A stretch of 64,000 nucleotides of DNA from a virus. Below the pieces are notes generated by a model. That model was not told where the DNA came from. It did not search any database and saw only the letters and a list, made by a program, of their open reading frames with translations. Each line of letters begins with the position of its first letter. The stretch's first letter is position 1. The stretch lies in the IMG/VR virus record IMGVR_UViG_3300027741_000020, one strand, 5' to 3'. The translations under genes and the position numbers were made by a program. Shown in pieces: positions 57,345 to 64,000 of this stretch.

Positions 57345-57346
57345 GA

Positions 57347-57378
57347 TTTGGCAAATTCAAAAATTTTATGTATATTTG
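57347..57378 (+). promoter_or_regulatory. Bacteroidota-type promoter
   Basis: TTTG-N20-TATATTTG. Confidence 0.8.
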
Positions 57379-57403
57379 ATTTATTAAACATTAAACATAC
57401 AAT

Positions 57404-57625
57404 ATGAATAAACTAACAAATAATTACGCAGGAGAATCGGATAGCAGTACTATTCAAGAAAAAAACATTACTTTCTGTAACACGTTCGTGCCAACACCTG
57501 ATTATGTAGGATGCTACGCTCTTGGAGGAAACATCGGATTGAAAATCCATTTTGTAAAGAAACCAAAATGGCTACACAGGAAAATGATGAAGTTGTGCTT
57601 AGGATGGGAATGGATTGATAATTAA
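57404..57625 (+). CDS. hypothetical protein
   Basis: KPKWLHRKMM..LGWEW. Confidence 0.7.
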   Translation: MNKLTNNYAGESDSSTIQEKNITFCNTFVPTPDYVGCYALGGNIGLKIHFVKKPKWLHRKMMKLCLGWEWIDN

Positions 57626-57642
57626 AACATTAAACGTATAGT

Positions 57643-57846
57643 ATGAAAAAGACTAGTAATAAGTGGAAAACAGATAACTGCGGTAGATGCGGAAAAACAC
57701 ATCAAAACTACACTGGTAAACTAGACTCAAAGGGCATCGAATATGTTGTATGTGAAAATACCAATAAAAGAATGAATATTTCGGGAAAGGGAAAAGAGGG
57801 AAACACATTTGTATTCAGTACAATATGGGATAAAACATTAAACTAA
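57643..57846 (+). CDS. hypothetical protein
   Basis: CGRCG. Confidence 0.65.
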   Translation: MKKTSNKWKTDNCGRCGKTHQNYTGKLDSKGIEYVVCENTNKRMNISGKGKEGNTFVFSTIWDKTLN

Positions 57847-57952
57847 ATAGTATGACACAGAGAACAAAAGATACCTTACTTGAAATAGGTATAATAGTAG
57901 TAAGTAGTATACTAGGTTTACTATTTGCACACGTAGTCTTTGGACTAGGATA

Positions 57953-58274
57953 AAATTAAATAACAAACATAAAAATAAGTAAAATGCCAAGCTTTGACAA
58001 ATTAGCACCATTAGGTTGGGAAGGACCAATACCCGAACCAATGCCAGTAGAAGAATGCTACCCAGATACAAAAGAGTATAGACCAAGCAACCAACAAGTA
58101 TTACAGGAGTACGAAATTACACTAAGATTCCTTAGTAGAGGATGTGTTGTTAATGTGGGCTGTAAAAGTATAGCTTTTGGAACTGCAGAGTCAGCTATGA
58201 AAGAAGTAAATGAGTATGTAACCAATCCATGGGAAACTCAGAAGAGATGGAGAGATTTATTAGATAATTAAATA
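57953..58274 (+). repeat. ~322-bp direct repeat, copy 2
   Basis: Matches 45269-45590. Confidence 0.95.
57984..58271 (+). CDS. hypothetical protein, paralog B
   Basis: Near-identical to 45300-45587. Confidence 0.8.
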   Translation: MPSFDKLAPLGWEGPIPEPMPVEECYPDTKEYRPSNQQVLQEYEITLRFLSRGCVVNVGCKSIAFGTAESAMKEVNEYVTNPWETQKRWRDLLDN

Positions 58275-58281
58275 GATAACA

Positions 58282-58656
58282 ATGAATACATCAACAACCG
58301 GACCAGCTCTAACTTCATTAGGTACATATGTAACAAATGGAGAAGCTCTTACAGCAACATATCTAGATATGACTACAAAGTGGTTCGATACTAGCAGTTT
58401 TCAAGGATATGTAATATCAGGAACAACATTAAATTTAAACACAAACAAAATGACAGTAACACAAACAAAAGTAGCGGTATTTGAATTAATCCGTAACGAG
58501 AAAAATGAAATTACAGATACTAAATTCATTAAAGAATTATGGGTACAAACCAAAAACGGTTCTTCTTTAGATTTCCAAGTAGCTAAAGATGCTGAGATAT
58601 CAAAATACGACCCTCAATCAATTTCAATCAGAATTATTTACACCTTAAGTTTCTAA
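58282..58656 (+). CDS. hypothetical protein
   Basis: Co-oriented ORF. Confidence 0.65.
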   Translation: MNTSTTGPALTSLGTYVTNGEALTATYLDMTTKWFDTSSFQGYVISGTTLNLNTNKMTVTQTKVAVFELIRNEKNEITDTKFIKELWVQTKNGSSLDFQVAKDAEISKYDPQSISIRIIYTLSF

Positions 58657-58849
58657 TCTATGACAACAACAGTATTAACAATCGTGGTATTAATTATAGC
58701 TATCTGTATAGGTAGTTTAGTGTACGGAGTACAAAAAGCAAAAAAGAAGAGAAACGGGCTACCGCCTGAATCACAGTTTAATTGGGAACCTTCTCAAGAA
58801 GAATTACAAGCAGTTGGAGAACAGCAATAAAGTCCATATATTATAGATT

Positions 58850-59557
58850 ATGAATAAACACACAGAAATAAAAATCGATGAGCTAAATAGAGCTCAACCC
58901 GGTCATGCTAATGGCATCTCTCTGCAATTAGCTCATAACCTAAAAGAGGGAAAGAGTGAATTAACAGAAGGAGATAAAGAGGCTATCATCGAAGAAGCTG
59001 CTCTACATTTTGGTAATTTCCTAACCGCTCTAGGAGTGGATTGGAAGAATGATCCAAATAGTTCTAATACACCCAAGAGAGTGGCTAAGGCCTATGTCAA
59101 AGATTTATGGAGAGGTAGATACGAAGTACTATCTTCGGTAGTATCATTTCCATCCGATGGTTATACAGGATTAGTATTTGAAGGTAATATACCAGTTACT
59201 TCGATGTGCTCACATCATCACCAGCAAATCTCAGGTAGAGTACATATTGCGTATATACCAACAGCTGAAGGTAAGGTTATCGGCCTATCTAAACTAAACC
59301 GTATTGTAGAGCACTTCGGAAGAAGAGGAGCTATACAAGAGCAGTTAACCGTAGCCATACATAGTGCGGTATCGAAGATTTGTGAAGGTAACCAAGGAGT
59401 AGCAGTGATGATAGAGCCCGGTCATAGCTGTGTATCGTGTAGGGGTGTTAAGCATCAAGGAGCGAGTATGATTACTTCCAAACTAGATGGTGCTTTTATG
59501 GACGAAGATGCTTGTAGAAGTGAATTTTATGAATTCGTAAAGAATAGTAAAAACTAA
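58850..59557 (+). CDS. folE: GTP cyclohydrolase I
   Basis: TPKRVAK, SMCSHHH, GLSKLNR, QEQLT, HSCVSCRGV. Confidence 0.95.
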   Translation: MNKHTEIKIDELNRAQPGHANGISLQLAHNLKEGKSELTEGDKEAIIEEAALHFGNFLTALGVDWKNDPNSSNTPKRVAKAYVKDLWRGRYEVLSSVVSFPSDGYTGLVFEGNIPVTSMCSHHHQQISGRVHIAYIPTAEGKVIGLSKLNRIVEHFGRRGAIQEQLTVAIHSAVSKICEGNQGVAVMIEPGHSCVSCRGVKHQGASMITSKLDGAFMDEDACRSEFYEFVKNSKN

Positions 59558-59946
59558 TGAAGACATCGAAGTCTATAGGACTAGGAGATAGTGTAGCTAA
59601 GTTTACCAAGTTTTTTGGCCTGGATAAACTAGCTACGTTTATCGCCAGATTGAGAGGTAAGGAGGATTGTGGTTGTGATAGAAGACGAAGGAAACTAAAC
59701 AATATAGTCCCTTATAAACACCTATCTCAAGACCTATACGTCTTTACAGGTACCCGTAAGTTTACTTTCTTAGAAGATGCCCGAATACTCCGTCAAGGAG
59801 TACCTGTATTGTATAAAGCAGGAGAGGTAATTTATATCGATCCAAGCATGGACATATACTACGAATTGAGAGACTTACTAATAACAAACATACTAATATG
59901 CAACGAAAAGAAAGTAAAACAAATTGGCACTTCTATATTAGCTTAA
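59557..59946 (+). CDS. hypothetical protein
   Basis: GLGDSVAKFT..CGCDRRR.KLN. Confidence 0.7.
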   Translation: MKTSKSIGLGDSVAKFTKFFGLDKLATFIARLRGKEDCGCDRRRRKLNNIVPYKHLSQDLYVFTGTRKFTFLEDARILRQGVPVLYKAGEVIYIDPSMDIYYELRDLLITNILICNEKKVKQIGTSILA

Positions 59947-60059
59947 TTAAATCTGGATTTAGATTCGGAGCAGGATTCGCTCTCATATTAGGGAGTCTAC
60001 CGACAGCCGGTGCTTTATTGATTGTAGCCGAGATATTAGGAATTGCCGAAGAATTATAA
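59898..60059 (+). CDS. small membrane protein (53 aa)
   Basis: Hand-translated. Confidence 0.55.
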   Translation: MQRKESKTNWHFYISLIKSGFRFGAGFALILGSLPTAGALLIVAEILGIAEEL

Positions 60060-60070
60060 AATATAAAAAC

Positions 60071-60613
60071 ATGCTCAACGCAAAACAAATCATAGACGAA
60101 GGTCTATTACTATTAGAACACACACAAGGCAAACCTGCTCAGGTTGGTTATGACCTTACCTTAAAACAGGTAAACAAAATAGGTATACCAAATGAAACTA
60201 ATACCCCTCACGAAGTAGTGTTAAGAAAGATTGGCAAGGTATTAAAAGATAAGACTCATCTCACTACCTATGCCCCTCAAGGCTTAACCACTCTAGACGG
60301 TACAATAGGATGGATCTTATATCCAGGTGTATACGATCTAACCTTTAACGAAGGATGTAGGATACCCGATAATAGAGTAGCATTTATTAAGCAGCGTTCC
60401 TCTCTATACCGCAATGGTTCGATCATCAATAGCCCGGTATTTGATCCAGGCTTTGAAACTCAGTTCATGGGTACACTAATGTATGTTCACGAGACAATTT
60501 TTATCGAGGAGAATGCAAGAGTGGCTCAGATTTATTTCCACGAATGTCAACCCGCTGAACTCTACGATGGTCAATGGGCTTTTGATAAGCAGAGGTTAGA
60601 GCAAAATAAATAA
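60071..60613 (+). CDS. trimeric dUTPase / dCTP deaminase family
   Basis: GYDLTL, QRSSLYR.G, FDPGF, RVAQIYF. Confidence 0.85.
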   Translation: MLNAKQIIDEGLLLLEHTQGKPAQVGYDLTLKQVNKIGIPNETNTPHEVVLRKIGKVLKDKTHLTTYAPQGLTTLDGTIGWILYPGVYDLTFNEGCRIPDNRVAFIKQRSSLYRNGSIINSPVFDPGFETQFMGTLMYVHETIFIEENARVAQIYFHECQPAELYDGQWAFDKQRLEQNK

Positions 60614-60665
60614 GACGGACAATGGCAATAAAGTTATTATCAAGCTATTTATTATAAAGTATATA

Positions 60666-61331
60666 ATGATAATTTACAAAGCAACAAACTGTATTAATGG
60701 AAAAGCTTATATAGGCCAAACAAAAAATCTAGATCAAAGAATACAAGAGCATTGTTATAACGCTAAGTATGCGAAGTATGCATTTCATAAAGCGCTGAAG
60801 AAGTACGGATTTGAAAATTTTAAATGGGAGGTTTTAGCAGATTGTGAAAGTAGAGAAGAAGCTAACTTACTTGAGGTTAAGTTTATAGAGGAATATGGAG
60901 GAGTAGAAAGTACGATGCTCTACAACGAGACAGCCGGGGGTCACACGTTTAAGTATAGATCATTTACAGAAGCAGATAGGAAAGAGCTTTCCGAAAGAGC
61001 AAAAAAACAAGAGCTCTGGAAATTAGGAACTACTCCTGAAAGTATAGCTAAAAATGTAGAGACTAGAAAGCGCACAGGAGTCTATAATCGATTGAAAGAA
61101 AGACAGCAAGGTAGCGGTAATGTATCTAAAAAGCAAGAAGTACGATCTAAAATAGCAAGCAGCGTTTCAAGCTTATGGAAAGATCCGGAGTATAGAGCAA
61201 ATCAATTAGCAAAAAGAGATAAAGCAAATCCTATTGTGAAATGTCCGCATTGTGGTAAGGAAGGTAAAAAGCAGATAATGACAAGATGGCACTTTGATAG
61301 ATGTAGAACAAAGACAGGCATAAGTTGTTAG
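60666..61331 (+). CDS. GIY-YIG homing endonuclease
   Basis: IIYKATN.INGKAYIGQT, YNETAGG; C-terminal CPHCGK. Confidence 0.88.
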   Translation: MIIYKATNCINGKAYIGQTKNLDQRIQEHCYNAKYAKYAFHKALKKYGFENFKWEVLADCESREEANLLEVKFIEEYGGVESTMLYNETAGGHTFKYRSFTEADRKELSERAKKQELWKLGTTPESIAKNVETRKRTGVYNRLKERQQGSGNVSKKQEVRSKIASSVSSLWKDPEYRANQLAKRDKANPIVKCPHCGKEGKKQIMTRWHFDRCRTKTGISC

Positions 61332-61355
61332 TTTGAACAGTATTTCATATCTTTA
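61324..61355 (+). promoter_or_regulatory. probable promoter for DNA polymerase
   Basis: GTTG-N20-TATCTTTA; ATG 6 nt downstream. Confidence 0.5.
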
Positions 61356-61361
61356 CTATAT

Positions 61362-63671
61362 ATGCTAATACAAAAGAAATATACAACCGTAGATAGTCAA
61401 GAGACTCTAAAAGCCTTAATCGAACATATCCGTACCTACGAGTTATTAACTCTAGACATAGAAACCGATTCACTTAATCCCCGTAAGGGTCAGGTGATCG
61501 GTTTTTCTATCTGCGGTAAAGAAGGAGAGAGCTTTTATATGCCAACGATGGCCTATCAGAATAGTAAACTCGAAGAATTGACCATCAGTGGTAGAGGCTG
61601 TCATGAACTAGCTTTTAAAGTCCTAAACCTACTGATAGGTAAAAAGATCGTTTGTCATAATGCTGCCTTTGATTTGAGGTTTATTAAGAACTTTTACAAG
61701 CTAGATCTCATACCTCATCTACATGCCGATACGATGTTACTAGTACATACAGTAAACGAAGAAGGAGCATTTGGAATGGGGAGTGCATTTGGTTTAAAAC
61801 CTATTGCTAAATTAATCCAGCAGCATATTGGCTTAGACGTTGAAGGAGATGCTAACGAAGAACAGATAGAGTTGAAGGAGAGTATTAAAAGAAATGGTGG
61901 GAGTACGACTAAGGATAATTACGAGATCTATAAAGCTGACCTGGATGTATTAGCTAAGTATGGTGCAGCAGATACCGATCTAACTCTACGTATCTATAAC
62001 CATTTCATCGTTAAGTTAGAGGAAGAGAAACTAGAGAAGTTTTTCTTTGAAGAAGAGGTGATGCCGATTTATAGAGAGGTTACGATCCCGATGGAGGAGT
62101 ATGGTGTTGAATTAGACTTGGAATTAATTAAGGATACTAAAGAGAAGATTGAAATAGATCTAGCCGAACATGCTAGGTTGGTGATGGAAGAGCTATTGAA
62201 AGAGACCAAGGTCAAGCAATGGGTCATAGACATGGCTACCAAAGCCTATCCACCTTCTGCTAAAGGAACTTATGCTCAAGAGTTGATCGAACAGGCAGGT
62301 ATTGAATTACCAAGATCGGAGAAGACAGGTAAATTTACCTTGAATAAAGCCACTGTTTTGACATTACCAGAGGGTGAGTTAAAACAATTTTTATTAACGG
62401 GAGACGTTAAGCTATTACCTGCAGAGCAGGTGTTAAAGGTAAGCCTCAAACTATGGAAAGAAGATAACGAAGGTAAATACTTTAATATACAGTCCAAAGA
62501 CCAATTAGGGCAGATTGCTTTCAATGTCTTGGGTAGAAAACCTCTATCTACGACAGCTAGCGGTAAGCCTCAATTCGACGATGATGTTATTGAGCAGATA
62601 GCTAAGACCGAAAAGTGGGCAGAGAATATCAGGGTATACAATAAACTACTCAAGATTAAATCCACCTACGTAGATAGGTTTCATGACAACCACGAAGATG
62701 GCCGTTACTACTTCTACTTCAAACAACACGGCACAGTTTCAGGTCGATACGGTTCGGATCTACAGCAGTTACCCAAGCCTAAAGAAGATGGAGAGGCAGC
62801 ACCTATAATCGTACACTATAATAATCTAGTGAGAGCGTTCCTGGTAGCCGAAGAAGGTAGGATGTTCATCGATACAGATTACGCTTCTTTAGAGCCTAGA
62901 GTATTCGCAACTGTAGCAGGAGACGATGAGTTAAAACGTATCTTTAGAGAAGATCTAGATTTTTATTCGCATATTGCTATTCAAACTGAAAAGCTAGAAG
63001 GAGTGAGTGCACATACAAAAGCACCTAACTATTTAAAAAAGGTAAATCCTGTTAAAAGACAGACCGCTAAAGCCTACTCTCTAGGAGTGCCGTATGGAAT
63101 GTCAGGTTACGCTCTCGCAATGTCTCTAAACATAGATAAAAAAGAAGGAGAAAAACTTGTCGAAGGTTATTTAAACGGATTCCCAGAGCTTAAAAAGTGG
63201 AGAGAAGAGTCTAGAGAGTTTGTAAAAACTCACGGGTACATTAAGAATAAAGTAGGTAGAATAAGACACCTACCTAAAGTAAAAGCAATCTATAGTAAGA
63301 TACAGGATGGTATACTTGATTGGAAGGTTAGAAAAGATCTAGAAAGAATTTACGGTAAAGAAAAGGTGCTTAGCTTATATAGAGACTACAAAAACGGTCT
63401 AAACAATGTACTTAATTTTCAGATCCAAAGTTTAGCAGCTTCTATTGTAAATCGAGCAGCACTTCAGATTAGTAGGAGATTTAGACAAGAAGGTATCGAC
63501 GGAGTAGTTATAGCACAGATACACGATCAATTAGTCTGTTCTGTTAAGAAAGAGGATGTAGAGAGAGCAGTACCTATAGTTCAAGACTGTATGGAAAATA
63601 CAACTCCGCTAGACGGGGTTAAACTTATTGCAGAACCAGCTGTTGCAAAAAATATGAAAGAAGGTCACTAG
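61362..63671 (+). CDS. DNA polymerase family A with 3'-5' exonuclease
   Basis: LDIET, HNAAFD; motif A DYASLEPR, motif B RQTAKAYSLGVPYG, motif C QIHDQ. Confidence 0.96.
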   Translation: MLIQKKYTTVDSQETLKALIEHIRTYELLTLDIETDSLNPRKGQVIGFSICGKEGESFYMPTMAYQNSKLEELTISGRGCHELAFKVLNLLIGKKIVCHNAAFDLRFIKNFYKLDLIPHLHADTMLLVHTVNEEGAFGMGSAFGLKPIAKLIQQHIGLDVEGDANEEQIELKESIKRNGGSTTKDNYEIYKADLDVLAKYGAADTDLTLRIYNHFIVKLEEEKLEKFFFEEEVMPIYREVTIPMEEYGVELDLELIKDTKEKIEIDLAEHARLVMEELLKETKVKQWVIDMATKAYPPSAKGTYAQELIEQAGIELPRSEKTGKFTLNKATVLTLPEGELKQFLLTGDVKLLPAEQVLKVSLKLWKEDNEGKYFNIQSKDQLGQIAFNVLGRKPLSTTASGKPQFDDDVIEQIAKTEKWAENIRVYNKLLKIKSTYVDRFHDNHEDGRYYFYFKQHGTVSGRYGSDLQQLPKPKEDGEAAPIIVHYNNLVRAFLVAEEGRMFIDTDYASLEPRVFATVAGDDELKRIFREDLDFYSHIAIQTEKLEGVSAHTKAPNYLKKVNPVKRQTAKAYSLGVPYGMSGYALAMSLNIDKKEGEKLVEGYLNGFPELKKWREESREFVKTHGYIKNKVGRIRHLPKVKAIYSKIQDGILDWKVRKDLERIYGKEKVLSLYRDYKNGLNNVLNFQIQSLAASIVNRAALQISRRFRQEGIDGVVIAQIHDQLVCSVKKEDVERAVPIVQDCMENTTPLDGVKLIAEPAVAKNMKEGH

Positions 63672-63706
63672 AACCACATAGTTTGCCTATTTATAATAAA
63701 GACAGT

Positions 63707-64000
63707 ATGAACTACAGTACATTGTACGACAGTCTAATATCAAGAGCAAAGAGTAGGCAATTAGAAGGTTATGTAGAAAAACATCATGTAGTACCTAAAT
63801 GTTTAGGAGGTGATAATAGTAAGGAAAACATAGTAGCTTTGACAGCTAAAGAACACTTTATCGCTCATTTATTGCTATGTGAAATACATCGAGGAAATAG
63901 CAAATTACTCTATGCTGCTTACGCAATGTGTCAACAAAATAAAACTAAAAAAAGATATATCCCAAGCAGTAGAGTATACCAGAGACTAAAACAAGAGGTT
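63707..64000 (+). CDS. HNH homing endonuclease (partial, runs off window)
   Basis: Hand-translated EKHHVVPKCLGGDNSKENIVALTAKEHFIAH. Confidence 0.88.
   Translation, partial: MNYSTLYDSLISRAKSRQLEGYVEKHHVVPKCLGGDNSKENIVALTAKEHFIAHLLLCEIHRGNSKLLYAAYAMCQQNKTKKRYIPSSRVYQRLKQEV

Noticed and set aside
45300-58271. Duplicated gene as a DGR template/variable repeat pair
   Set aside because: Substitutions involve all bases rather than adenines only, both copies are intact genes, and no reverse transcriptase is present.
58850-60613. Complete 7-deazaguanine cluster
   Set aside because: Only folE is recognisable; neighbours lack QueD/QueE/QueC/DpdA motifs.
61362-63671. Intron or intein in the DNA polymerase
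   Set aside because: Single continuous ORF with normal motif spacing and no intein splice motifs.

Overview
A 64-kb segment of a large lytic dsDNA bacteriophage (jumbo/T4-like style), with essentially all genes on the + strand. The host is very probably Bacteroidota: 17 promoters show a TTTG-like/TAnnTTTR pair with an exact 20-bp spacer, and starts use A-rich non-SD contexts. In order, the window holds a Mom-like DNA-modification gene, an outer-membrane beta-barrel, GroEL, a membrane-protein/beta-barrel/GH19 lysis cluster and a 3.3-kb RNA island. The island contains a 550-nt tmRNA with a 25-aa tag, a ~860-nt GOLLD-like RNA, tRNA-Glu, a degenerate tRNA-Gly, three Leu-type tRNA scaffolds lacking a normal anticodon arm, and three unassigned structured RNAs. 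Next come a VWA/MoxR-AAA pair, scattered RNA-repair genes (PNK, Rnl1, HAD, cyclic-phosphate receiver, phosphoesterases), DNA ligase, about 90 small accessory ORFs, an MTase, ThyA and IMPDH/GMPR. A compositionally distinct terminal block carries FolE, dUTPase/Dcd, GIY-YIG, family A DNA polymerase and HNH. The most striking unexplained signals are the anticodon-less tRNA scaffolds punctuating unknown RNAs, four operator-like inverted-repeat/promoter cassettes with fixed geometry (spacer flipped in one), and a perfect 19-bp inverted repeat bracketing a single ORF. All family calls come from motif recognition by eye; no searches were run.
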